DNA of 32,000 nucleotides from Candidatus Altimarinota bacterium. Its GTDB lineage: Bacteria; Patescibacteriota; Gracilibacteria; UBA1369. Position numbers and translations under genes: made by a program. A model generated the notes under the pieces. That model saw nothing but the letters and a program-made list of their open reading frames with translations. It did not search any database and was not told where the DNA came from. Shown one piece after another: positions 8,315 to 16,903 of this stretch; within the stretch, counting starts at the first letter, position 1; each line of letters starts with the position of its first letter. Location: assembly GCA_041659405.1 (NCBI GenBank), contig JBAZYK010000004.1, forward strand, positions 30,001 through 62,000, given 5' to 3'.

Positions 8315-8343
8315 ATCATAGTGGGTCTTCGGCAAAAAATCAA
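8315..8343 (-). promoter_or_regulatory. Candidate promoter driving the leader plus tRNA-Ser(GCU)
   Basis: Minus strand reads TTGATT-N17-TATGAT, about 125 nt upstream of the mature tRNA 5' end. Confidence 0.5.
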
Positions 8344-8413
8344 TTCTTTACAATTGAAACCGGCAATTATCTTGCACTCAGAGCTTATGTCCGCCCACGC
8401 CTCGCCGCCCGCC

Positions 8414-9043
8414 CTAGCCTTTTTCCGACAAAATCGCTTCGATTGGCTCTCCATTAATCAAAATCTCGGCATTTAGGCCAACCGGAAATTGTTGGACCGT
8501 TGCTTTAATCTGTTCCACAAAGCGTGGGCTATCACAAAGGCCGCCCAAAGCATACTTGCCGGAGATTTTAACCGTTGTTTTACCGGTCACAACCGTAACA
8601 CTGTCCACTTTTAGCGTTGATTGATAAAGAGCGTTATAAAGGCCACTTTCGCCATAAAATTGACCCTTCACGGAAAAGAGCCCGGTAAGTGCGGATTTAA
8701 TTGGGTCATCTGTTGGATCAACATTTTGGTCCACAGGAATTAAGCTGTCATTGCAGCCAATTTTTTCCCCGGATTTGCCATTATCCTCAAGCGCCACCAG
8801 ATAATATTTAGCCAGTTTCAGTGGACTGATTTGTAAAATTTCAGGATTCGGGAATTTCACAACCGGCGAATTTGTTTGAGTAAGGGTAGATTGCGTGGAA
8901 GTGCCGGGCAAATACTGGGTTTGTAGCGTTCTTACATCTTGCGTTTGGGTAGTCGCCTGTGGTTTTTGACTTGCGCCGGAAGATTGGCATCCGGAAAACA
9001 CAATCAAAGAAAGAAAAATCAACGAAGCAAATATTTTTTTCAT
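8414..9043 (-). CDS. Lipoprotein with a GerMN-like domain
   Basis: The signal peptide has a lipobox (LIVFSGC). The C-terminal region follows the GerMN pattern (LIPVDQNV...PIKSALTGLF...TVKISGKY...QIKATVQQFPVGLNAEILINGEPI). Confidence 0.6.
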   Translation of the reverse strand: MKKIFASLIFLSLIVFSGCQSSGASQKPQATTQTQDVRTLQTQYLPGTSTQSTLTQTNSPVVKFPNPEILQISPLKLAKYYLVALEDNGKSGEKIGCNDSLIPVDQNVDPTDDPIKSALTGLFSVKGQFYGESGLYNALYQSTLKVDSVTVVTGKTTVKISGKYALGGLCDSPRFVEQIKATVQQFPVGLNAEILINGEPIEAILSEKG

Positions 9044-9125
9044 AAAAAGCAGGATTAAAAATAATCTTCCTCCACGATATACCCTATATACAACGGAAAC
9101 AAGCTGTGGCCATTTAAAAATGGCT

Positions 9126-10004
9126 TCAAATCAAGGAAACTCCCGCTAACATCACCATAACCCCTGCGAATTTAAGTGCAAAAGTGGACGCTTTTATTTT
9201 TTCATCGATCACTCTTGGATAAATTAGACTCAAAAAAAGCGTGAACAGTAAAACAAAAAACGGCTGAGTGGCCATTAATGCGTTTATCAGGCTGATCGCC
9301 CCAAACCCGGAAGCAAAAGTTAAAATCAAATAGGCTAAAAAGCTGAACGATTCATTCAAAACAACCAGTCCCGCGGCGGGCAGTTTTTGTAAAAATAACC
9401 GTTTCAAATCTGCAAAATTATAAATTAATATCGGAATGATAATTACAAATGAACTTATCCTGATATAGGCAAAAACCGTCCAATAATCCAAAAAATTCAA
9501 CAAATATTTAAGTATAACCTGATTTATGGCTATGCACAGAGCAGATAAAATCGTGAATAAAAACCCCAGTCTGCTTTTAAAAGCCAAAGATTTTTTGAAG
9601 GAAAGAAAAATCGCGCCAATCACAAGCAGAAAAACACCAAGATAATTTTGGATAGTCAAACTTTCATTCAAGAAAATTCCGGCAAGTAACAAAATAAAAA
9701 GCGGATTAATATAAAAAAGAGGAACAACCTTGGAAACATCTTCAAGTTCCATGGCCTTAAAATAAAAATAGAGCATCCCCACAAAACTCAAACTGGAAAT
9801 AAATGCCAATAAAAGTTGACCCCCCGTAATCAAAACAAAACCATTCCAGGCAAAAGCTCCAAGCCCAAAAACAAGGCCAACCATAGCTGAAACAAGCAGC
9901 ATCAACACGGGTTTACATTTAAAATTGGCAAGGACAAATTTATCGGAAATGCAAACTCCGGCAAAAATTGCGGCAGCCAAAATTGAAAGAAAAATCCAGG
10001 ACAC
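9126..10004 (-). CDS. EamA/DMT-family membrane transporter
   Basis: 292 aa with about ten hydrophobic helices in two similar halves, typical of the EamA duplication. The start codon is GTG, so the exact start is uncertain. Confidence 0.7.
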   Translation of the reverse strand: MSWIFLSILAAAIFAGVCISDKFVLANFKCKPVLMLLVSAMVGLVFGLGAFAWNGFVLITGGQLLLAFISSLSFVGMLYFYFKAMELEDVSKVVPLFYINPLFILLLAGIFLNESLTIQNYLGVFLLVIGAIFLSFKKSLAFKSRLGFLFTILSALCIAINQVILKYLLNFLDYWTVFAYIRISSFVIIIPILIYNFADLKRLFLQKLPAAGLVVLNESFSFLAYLILTFASGFGAISLINALMATQPFFVLLFTLFLSLIYPRVIDEKIKASTFALKFAGVMVMLAGVSLI

Positions 10005-10087
10005 GGCTAGTCAATTATGAATTTTTTGTACTTGATAAAAACACGCCTTTCAAGTATCAATCTAAACACACTATAACACAAATTTTT

Positions 10088-10726
10088 ATGCAAGAAACCA
10101 TTATCAAAAGCCTAAATTGGCGCTATGCAGCCAAAACTTTTGATCCAAATAAAAAAATCACCCAAGAAGAATTAAACACAATTTTAGAAAGTGGACGTTT
10201 GGCTCCAAGTTCTTTTGGGATTGAGGCCTGGAAATTTATTGTGGTTGAAAATCCGGAAATCAGAACCGCACTGCGCGCGGCCAGTTGGGATCAAACCAAA
10301 GTAACCGACGCGTCACATTTGATTGTGATAGCTTATCGCACCGATGGCGAAAATATTGCCAAGGAATTACTTGAACGCACAGCTAAAATACAAAATGTAG
10401 ACATTTCCACTCTTGCCGGATTTAAACAAATGCTGGAAGGCGCAATCGCGAATAAAAAAAATGATGGCACATTAGAGTCCTGGATTAAAGCCCAGTCCTA
10501 TATTCCTTTTGGAATTATGACAGAAACCGCCGCATTGCTTGGAATAGATACCTGCCCAATGGAAGGCTTTATGCCGGATCAGGTTGATGCAATTTTGGGT
10601 TTAAAAGAAAAGAATCTTCACAGCGTTACAATGCTGGCTATTGGATACCGCAGCGCAGAAGACCAGGCTGCCCAAAAGCCAAAAGTCCGTCGCAGTTTTG
10701 ATGAAGTGGTGGAGTTTGTTAAATAA
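10088..10726 (+). CDS. NAD(P)H nitroreductase-family oxidoreductase
   Basis: Family-typical N-terminus (IIKSLNWRYAAKTFD...ILESGRLAPSSFGIEAWKFIVV) and C-terminal PMEGF motif. The start was moved to the ATG at 10088, because the ORF-track start at 9968 overlaps the EamA gene and adds 40 unrelated residues. Confidence 0.8.
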   Translation: MQETIIKSLNWRYAAKTFDPNKKITQEELNTILESGRLAPSSFGIEAWKFIVVENPEIRTALRAASWDQTKVTDASHLIVIAYRTDGENIAKELLERTAKIQNVDISTLAGFKQMLEGAIANKKNDGTLESWIKAQSYIPFGIMTETAALLGIDTCPMEGFMPDQVDAILGLKEKNLHSVTMLAIGYRSAEDQAAQKPKVRRSFDEVVEFVK

Positions 10727-10775
10727 TAGCCGCACAAGAAGTGCTTACAAACAGCCGCGGAGCGAGCTCCGCCAC

Positions 10776-13565
10776 CTAATCTTTTAGCACTGGAATTTCA
10801 AACCAGAAGGTGCTGCCTTCATTTTCTACACTGTTAAAGCCGATTTTTCCTTCGTGCTGCTCTACAAAATATTTTGCGATATATAAGCCCAAACCAAACG
10901 CATCAGTTTGCATAACGGAGGCATTTGAAGCACGGAAAAAGCGCTCAAAAACACGATGTTGTTCATGCGCGGGAATACCAATTCCATTATCGGTTACTTC
11001 AAACCGGACAACATTTTTTTTATTGGATAATAAAACGGTAATATTGCCGCCATCTTTTGTGTAGGCAACAGCATTTTCCACTAATTTAGTAATTATTGAT
11101 CTGATTTTTTCAGCGTCACCCTGGATAGCCGAAAATTCACTGTCTTTTGAATCATATTTCAGTTTCAATCCTTTCAAATCGCAAGCCTTTTTGGCTTCCT
11201 GGATTACCGCCTCGGCAATGCTTTCAAGCGCCACCTCTTCAGTATTCAAAGGTACGCGGCCTTCTTCAATATCCATAGCTGTAAGCAGATCTTTAATGCG
11301 ATTGGTAATTTTAATGCTGGCGGAGTGTGTACTTTCCAGAAATTTTTTCTGTATTTCATCCAGTTTTCCAAATTCGCCATTTAGCAGCATTTCCAGATTC
11401 CAGTTTATGGCGGAAAGTGGCGTGCGCAATTGATGGGACATAATATTCAAAAATTTACCACGCAGCTCGTTTAATTCCTTGATGTGACTTTCCGCTTGCC
11501 TAAGGTCACTGATGTCATGTGCCGCGGCAAAAACTCCAACAACTTTTTCATTTTCATCTTTGTAAACGCTGGCATTGTATAAAACCGGCGTCAGATGGCC
11601 ATCTTTACTCTTAATTTCCAAAGGATAGTTTCTGATGACGCCTTCTTTAAAGACCTTTTCATAACCCGCCAGGGCTTTTTCCGGATTGGTAAAATAATCA
11701 GAGAAATCCGTATTAAACAGCTCCTTAGCGGATCTACCGGTTATTTTAATGGTTGCAGCATTCACATCGGTAATTTTTCCATCTGGGCCAATAACCGCCA
11801 TCGGATCCAAACTAGACTCGATCAGCCTTCTATTATAGGCACCAGCTTTACGCAAATCCTCCTGGGATTTTTTTTGTTCTTCATTGGCGCGTATAGCTTT
11901 AATTCCAAAAGAAAGATCTTCGGCAAGCTCGTTTAGCAGGGCAATGTCTTCCTCAGAAAATGCATTCGGAATTGATGCATAGATATTGATTGCTCCAATG
12001 ATTTCACCATCAATTTTGAGTGGAGCGACAACGCTTGATGCATAGCCACGTTTTAATGCTGCTTCACGCCAGGGCCCAAAATTGGGGTCCGTCTCCATAT
12101 TTTTAACCATGCAGATTTTACCGGTTCTAATAGCGGTTCCGGTAGGGCCGCGGCCGCGTTCGGTATCCTCCCAGGTTATGTGTGCTATTTCAGGATAATT
12201 ATCTGTAAAACCTGCCTCCGCAACCAGTCGGACATTTTTTTCTTGATCCTTTTCAGCATATCCAACCCATACCATTCTGTATCCGCCTTCATCAATAACA
12301 GTTTGGCAGATATCATTTAAAAGTGCCTGCTCATTCTTTGCATGGACAAGCACAGTGTTACATTTGCTGATGGTTTTAAGTGAACGGATTATTTGGACAA
12401 GCTTCTTTTCATTATCCTTGCGCTCCGTTATATCTTGCGCCGTGCCGCGCAGTCCAACGATTTTTTTCTGTGCGTCTAATTTTACTTCCCCACGGGCCAT
12501 AATCCATCTTGTTTCAGTTTTCGGATTAAGAAACTCCAATTCCAGCTCATAAGGTTCTCCGGTCTTCATACTTTTTGTAACCGCCTCATCAAGGCGTTTG
12601 GCACTTTCGCCCGTATAAGCTTTCAGGCGTTCATGATAATTTGGGGTTGGCAGTTTTGGATCATGGCCGATGATGTAGTGATACTCGTCAGACCAGATAA
12701 TTACATCGGTCGCTATATCCCAGTCCCAGCTGCCTATGCGCGCGAGCCGTTGTGCTTCTTTAAAATCGGCTTCATTCCTGCGAATAGTTTCCATTGCCTG
12801 CCTTCGTTCAGTAACATCTCTAAAAACGCCCATCAAATAGGTTTTTTCGCCAATCATTACCGGAGAGGCATTAATATCTGCATAAAATATACTACCGTCC
12901 TTTCTTTTTACGGGAATATCTTTTGATGATTCAAACTCTTTTTTTACCAGTCTTTCAAACTGATTAATCGCATAAGGCAGATCTTTTTCGGTATGAATAT
13001 CTGCAACTCCCAAAGTCTTAATTTCATCAACGCTATAACCAAGCATTCTACAGAACGCCTTATTCGCATCATGAAATTTTTTGCTTTCCAAATCGGCTAA
13101 AACTATTCCATCGTTCGCATTATCAAACATCGTTCTGAATTTTTGCTCCGATTGTTTTATAGCTTCTTCCACCCTTTTACGCTCGGTGATATCACGTGCC
13201 GTGGCATAGGTAATGCCTTCACTTTTTTCATAATTGGCACGCCACGATAGCCAGATCACGGTGCCGTCTTTGCACATATAACGGTTTTCAAAATTTAGCG
13301 TAAAACCAACCTGCATTTGCCGCGCCATTTCATCCCGGGTCGCCTGCTGATCATCAGGATGGATAAAGTCAATAAACGGTTTTGAAATAAGTTCTGCCTC
13401 GGAATATCCAAGTATTTTCAAACACGTTGGATTCACTTTTTTAAAACAACCAAGCGGATCCGCAATCACCATGATATCGGTAGAGAGCTGAAAGAATTTA
13501 AAAAATTGCTCGCGCTCCTCTTCCGCCTTTTTTACATCGGTATTATCCGGATTTTTGTTTTCCAT
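10776..13565 (-). CDS. Cytoplasmic multi-PAS/GAF sensor histidine kinase
   Basis: 929 aa. Several PAS-like repeats (for example DITERK/DVTERR boundaries), a GAF-like segment, the HisKA H-box MSHQLRTPLSAI, and HATPase_c N/G boxes (ENAVAYT, DNGIGIP, GLGLYIAK). No transmembrane segment is seen. Confidence 0.85.
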   Translation of the reverse strand: MENKNPDNTDVKKAEEEREQFFKFFQLSTDIMVIADPLGCFKKVNPTCLKILGYSEAELISKPFIDFIHPDDQQATRDEMARQMQVGFTLNFENRYMCKDGTVIWLSWRANYEKSEGITYATARDITERKRVEEAIKQSEQKFRTMFDNANDGIVLADLESKKFHDANKAFCRMLGYSVDEIKTLGVADIHTEKDLPYAINQFERLVKKEFESSKDIPVKRKDGSIFYADINASPVMIGEKTYLMGVFRDVTERRQAMETIRRNEADFKEAQRLARIGSWDWDIATDVIIWSDEYHYIIGHDPKLPTPNYHERLKAYTGESAKRLDEAVTKSMKTGEPYELELEFLNPKTETRWIMARGEVKLDAQKKIVGLRGTAQDITERKDNEKKLVQIIRSLKTISKCNTVLVHAKNEQALLNDICQTVIDEGGYRMVWVGYAEKDQEKNVRLVAEAGFTDNYPEIAHITWEDTERGRGPTGTAIRTGKICMVKNMETDPNFGPWREAALKRGYASSVVAPLKIDGEIIGAINIYASIPNAFSEEDIALLNELAEDLSFGIKAIRANEEQKKSQEDLRKAGAYNRRLIESSLDPMAVIGPDGKITDVNAATIKITGRSAKELFNTDFSDYFTNPEKALAGYEKVFKEGVIRNYPLEIKSKDGHLTPVLYNASVYKDENEKVVGVFAAAHDISDLRQAESHIKELNELRGKFLNIMSHQLRTPLSAINWNLEMLLNGEFGKLDEIQKKFLESTHSASIKITNRIKDLLTAMDIEEGRVPLNTEEVALESIAEAVIQEAKKACDLKGLKLKYDSKDSEFSAIQGDAEKIRSIITKLVENAVAYTKDGGNITVLLSNKKNVVRFEVTDNGIGIPAHEQHRVFERFFRASNASVMQTDAFGLGLYIAKYFVEQHEGKIGFNSVENEGSTFWFEIPVLKD

Positions 13566-13808
13566 ATGCCAAATTTACAATATCAGGTAATTATAGCACA
13601 ATTACCCCTGGAAAGTCGAACCTTTTCTGGTGGAAAACGGTAGTAGTAAACCTAATGTGAAGCCTCAGTATTTTGAACTTTTTTGATCGTCACCTTTTTC
13701 CCGGGGTCAATTCCATTAGCCGTAAACTGATCAGGCTGATTTAATAATTCCTTTGCCCCCTGCCCAACCTTATATTATACAATATATTTGACCAAAGCGG
13801 AATAGACA

Positions 13809-13837
13809 TTGCCAGAGCGTTAAAAGAGGGTTAAAAT
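13809..13837 (+). promoter_or_regulatory. Candidate promoter of the HD-domain gene
   Basis: TTGCCA-N17-TAAAAT, about 22 nt upstream of the ATG at 13860. Confidence 0.4.
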
Positions 13838-13859
13838 CCGCATCCTATCCACAAAGGCT

Positions 13860-15596
13860 ATGGAAACATCACCACCAAACAACGGCAACGTCGAAAATGA
13901 TCGCCCAATGGAGGATCGCATTTCAAAACTTGGGTATTTTTCGATGTTATCGGAGAGGTATCCGTTAAACACCGAAGTTGTAGCCTGTTCTACACCGGAA
14001 AGTGCCAATTTCCTGGCACTCGAAAAGGAATACATGAATATTCCTCCGGAATTGCATTTTGAGGCTTTAAAAGACAGTATTCCCCCGGAACATCAGGCAA
14101 GAATCCAGAAAATTTGGGAGGTTGTTCAAGGTCACCGGGAAGACTGGAAGAATATATCAAGGGCATTAAAGACAAAATGGAACTATGTCCCGGAATCTGC
14201 GGACGAAATTGCCAAGGATACAGTAAATAAAACAAGAATGGCTATAAGGGACCAGCTTAAAAAGGCCGCTGTCGTTTTGATCAGTAAAGAAGATATGTCC
14301 TACGATTCATCGGCAGAACTTTCTCGTGTGAATTTGTGGCAAATTGAAGAAAAAGGTTTAAGAGAACAATATTATGATGCGGATAAAAATTATTTGGTCG
14401 CGCTTCGTTTGTATTATGAAATGTTACTGGAAAGACCTGGGCAAGGACAAGCAGGCGATCCTGTTTTGCCGGAGGATCATCCGGAGCGTTGGAATATTGT
14501 TTTCAGAAACAGATATGCAAGATTAATTGATGCTGCCCACCAGAGCATTTCTTTAGCCAAGGCTGCGCATCATAGCCAAAGTAAAAAACGTATTCGTAAA
14601 ACCCGGGAAGAGCCTTTTATTTTTCATCCTTTGGCGGTTACTTTACGTTTTATTCAGGACGTTCTGCCGTACGTAATTAAAGAGCCACAATTGCCAATGG
14701 ACTTTATAAAAGGAATTATTATTACCGCAGTTCATGATTTACCGGAAGATACGGAATTAGCAGTTGAAGACATTATTGACTTTATTAAACCCCGTGCGGA
14801 TAAGTACGACAGCGGTTTGGACCAGGTCATTGAAAGTGGATTTGGTCATCGCAGAGATGAAATCAAGAAAAAGCAGCTGGATTTAATGCGTCCACATGTC
14901 CTGGATGCCGTGCGTTTGGCGTTACGCATAGTCACCAATGGTACGACTTTTACCGATCAGGATGAAAAAATTGCGCTTCAAAGAAATCGTTTGGGGGAAG
15001 AACGCACGATGGAGGTTTTAGGAATTACAGAGCGGGGAGTTCTACAGGAAGTAATGCGCAGATTTGGCATACAGGGTTCCGGGGAAACATTGAATACGGT
15101 CAAAGAATTTCCATTGGAAAAAGATACCATTAGTGACAAGGACCGGCTAAAAATGGATTCTCTATTATTAAGGATTGAAACATTTGCCCGCACGGGAAAC
15201 GAGGTGAGGGTCGGTGAAAACGCACTGAAAAACAGAAGGCTTATTCTTTGCACAAAAATGGGGGACAAGGGGCACAACAATTCACAACTTGCCGGACGTG
15301 AACTGGAGATTCAACGAAGTTCCCTGCGCGCAACGGTATCACGTTTATTGGCTTATGCTATTCTTGATTATGATTCATCAAAGGCTTCTCTTTATAATGC
15401 CTTACCGCGTTTGATTGATGAAACAATTTCGGAATATGAGCGATTTGAGCGAGACTTTCCGGGGCAAATAGAAGAGCTGGATATTGGATACTATAAAAAA
15501 CTGCTTGAATGGCAGCAGACCGTTAAGCGCTACAACCCCCCGGAACTTTTAAGAAATACAGTTGAGGAGTGGCACGCGGCGCATGAAAAAGCATGA
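13860..15596 (+). CDS. Divergent HD-domain protein (RelA/SpoT-type hydrolase-like core with long extensions and insertions)
   Basis: 578 aa. The motifs PFIFHPLAV...ITAVHDLPEDT and the later KMGDKGHNNSQL resemble the SpoT/Mesh1 HD_4 pattern (HPL..V...LHDvvEDT...KlaDrlHNmr). About 250 aa at the N-terminus and a long insertion inside the core are unassigned. Confidence 0.55.
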   Translation: METSPPNNGNVENDRPMEDRISKLGYFSMLSERYPLNTEVVACSTPESANFLALEKEYMNIPPELHFEALKDSIPPEHQARIQKIWEVVQGHREDWKNISRALKTKWNYVPESADEIAKDTVNKTRMAIRDQLKKAAVVLISKEDMSYDSSAELSRVNLWQIEEKGLREQYYDADKNYLVALRLYYEMLLERPGQGQAGDPVLPEDHPERWNIVFRNRYARLIDAAHQSISLAKAAHHSQSKKRIRKTREEPFIFHPLAVTLRFIQDVLPYVIKEPQLPMDFIKGIIITAVHDLPEDTELAVEDIIDFIKPRADKYDSGLDQVIESGFGHRRDEIKKKQLDLMRPHVLDAVRLALRIVTNGTTFTDQDEKIALQRNRLGEERTMEVLGITERGVLQEVMRRFGIQGSGETLNTVKEFPLEKDTISDKDRLKMDSLLLRIETFARTGNEVRVGENALKNRRLILCTKMGDKGHNNSQLAGRELEIQRSSLRATVSRLLAYAILDYDSSKASLYNALPRLIDETISEYERFERDFPGQIEELDIGYYKKLLEWQQTVKRYNPPELLRNTVEEWHAAHEKA

Positions 15597-15786
15597 GCCG
15601 GCAAGCCTCGCCACTATTAAAAAACATGAGCCGGAAAACTGTGAGCAAAATGAGGATTTTTGAGGATTGGGTCTCGTGGGCCCCAACCGGAAAAAATCCG
15701 ATTAGTGCGAACAGTTTGTAGGCGAATAACAATATAGGGAAAAAGTTCCCAAAAGAAAAAACCGTTAGGTTTTGTCTTTTGATTCT
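15586..15786 (+). repeat. Dispersed intergenic repeat, copy 3, abutting the tRNA-Ser(UGA) locus
   Basis: Has the same ordered boxes as copies 1 and 2 and the same terminator-like trailer as copy 1. It also contains an internal duplication of catgagccgg (15592-15601 and 15625-15634) flanking 23 nt. Confidence 0.7.
15750..15775 (-). terminator. Putative intrinsic terminator downstream of the tRNA-Ser(UGA)/pseudo-tRNA pair
   Basis: Minus strand: AAAACC-TAAC-GGTTTT hairpin followed by a T-rich run. It is homologous to 864-890. Confidence 0.5.
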
Positions 15787-15863
15787 TGGCGGAGAGACTG
15801 GGATTCACCCTCCGGGTGTAAACTTCTCATCCCACCTACTCATCGAGTGAAAAATATCTCTAC
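15787..15863 (-). pseudogene. tRNA-Ser-derived pseudo-tRNA or duplicated tRNA 3' end
   Basis: Bases 15787-15806 (tggcggagagactgggattc) are identical to the 3' terminal 20 nt of the functional tRNA at 15886-15905. The 77-nt unit has a partly pairing acceptor (GTAGAGA/TCTCTCC) but a damaged T-loop (GGGTGAATCCC) and no canonical anticodon arm. Confidence 0.45.
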
Positions 15864-15885
15864 CTTCGGCAGAGCTACTTTTCAC

Positions 15886-15975
15886 TGGCGGAGAGACTGG
15901 GATTCGAACCCAGGAGGAGCTTGCGCCCCTAACGGTTTTCAAGACCGTCGCTTTCGACCGCTCAGCCATCTCTCC
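15886..15975 (-). tRNA. tRNA-Ser (anticodon UGA), long variable arm, CCA encoded
   Basis: Reverse complement shows acceptor GGAGAGA/TCTCTCC, anticodon loop CTTGAAA, a long variable arm, T-arm CTGGG-TTCGAAT-CCCAG, discriminator G and CCA. Confidence 0.9.
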
Positions 15976-16054
15976 TTAATTGTAACGCTCACTGCGCTCC
16001 GGACTGGCAGAGCCAGATCCTTCGCTTGTTCGCCCTCGGCCCGTGGCCTCGGTT
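15976..16054 (-). other. Conserved GC-rich structured 5' leader of tRNA-Ser(UGA)
   Basis: Homologous to 8189-8270, as described for that feature. Confidence 0.6.
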
Positions 16055-16112
16055 TTGTGTTGCTGCGCCTCGCGCTTTGCGCACCTGCTGTTTTTGCCCT
16101 TGCAGCGCCGAT

Positions 16113-16141
16113 ACTATACAAAATTACACAGTTCACTGCAA
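16113..16141 (-). promoter_or_regulatory. Candidate promoter driving the leader plus tRNA-Ser(UGA)
   Basis: Minus strand reads TTGCAG-N17-TATAGT, about 135 nt upstream of the mature tRNA 5' end. The position matches the promoter of the other tRNA-Ser. Confidence 0.5.
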
Positions 16142-16162
16142 CGCATTTTTGGCTTACTATTT

Positions 16163-16423
16163 TTAATAAAGCTGACTATGGCTTCCAACCTTCAATAACA
16201 CAACCACGATATGATTTTTTTCTTGTTTATAAATAATTCTTAAATCAAAAGCCGCGTCGATAGAATTACAACCTTTATATTTGCCTTTTAAGGCATGATT
16301 TCGCAGTTTTGCATCAAGTGGATTTTTGTAAAACAAAACGATCGCCTCATCAATTAAGGCTTGTTGCTGGGGACTTAGCTTCCGGTATTGCTTTGTAAAA
16401 TTTTTATGCCTGAATAGCTGCAT
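16163..16423 (-). CDS. Type II toxin, RelE/YafQ-family mRNA interferase
   Basis: 86 aa. Family pattern F.KQYRKL....Q..I...I..L..NP....L..H.L.G.Y.G..S......DLRIIY......I.....VGSHSQLY. The start overlaps the antitoxin stop (TAATG). Confidence 0.8.
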   Translation of the reverse strand: MQLFRHKNFTKQYRKLSPQQQALIDEAIVLFYKNPLDAKLRNHALKGKYKGCNSIDAAFDLRIIYKQEKNHIVVVLLKVGSHSQLY

Positions 16424-16713
16424 TATTTTTTCAAGCTATTAATAAACTTTTTTGCTGAATTAAATGGGCCCTCTAAATTCTTGCCCTGTGCTGCATCATG
16501 CAATGCCATATCCAGTTCTTCTCTTTCTGTTGAGGTGAAATTATTTTCATCTCTTATCACCATCACAGTTGCGATTTGAATTTTGCCATCAGCAAAATCG
16601 TTTAAAAGAATGCGAGCCACGCCGGAAAGAGACAAATGCATTTTTTTCGCCATTTGGTCTGCTTTTTGCTTGGTTATTTTGTCTATTGAAAGTGTTGTTT
16701 GATCCTTGGCCAT
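16423..16713 (-). CDS. Type II antitoxin, RelB/DinJ-like (ribbon-helix-helix)
   Basis: 96 aa located immediately upstream of the toxin and translationally coupled to it. The N-terminus (TLSIDKITKQKADQMAKKMHLSLSGVARILLNDF) resembles the DinJ/RelB RHH fold. Confidence 0.7.
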   Translation of the reverse strand: MAKDQTTLSIDKITKQKADQMAKKMHLSLSGVARILLNDFADGKIQIATVMVIRDENNFTSTEREELDMALHDAAQGKNLEGPFNSAKKFINSLKK

Positions 16714-16903
16714 GATAATTATATAAAAAACAATGAAATTACATGAATATTGTATAGGAATTATGGATTAAGGTCAAATTTTATTCCTGCTTTTTGCGGA
16801 AATTTTATAAATATTTAAGTTCTGCGTTAGAATTTTTTAATGTCGAAGTGATAAAAAGATAGTCCACACAGTTTTTTGGACTTCATTTTTTTACCCAAAA
16901 TAT

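Noticed and set aside
9968-10087. 40-codon N-terminal extension of the nitroreductase ORF, overlapping the EamA gene start
   Set aside because: The extension has no similarity to the family. The conserved N-terminus begins at the internal ATG (10088). The overlap with the convergent or divergent neighbour disappears with the shorter model.
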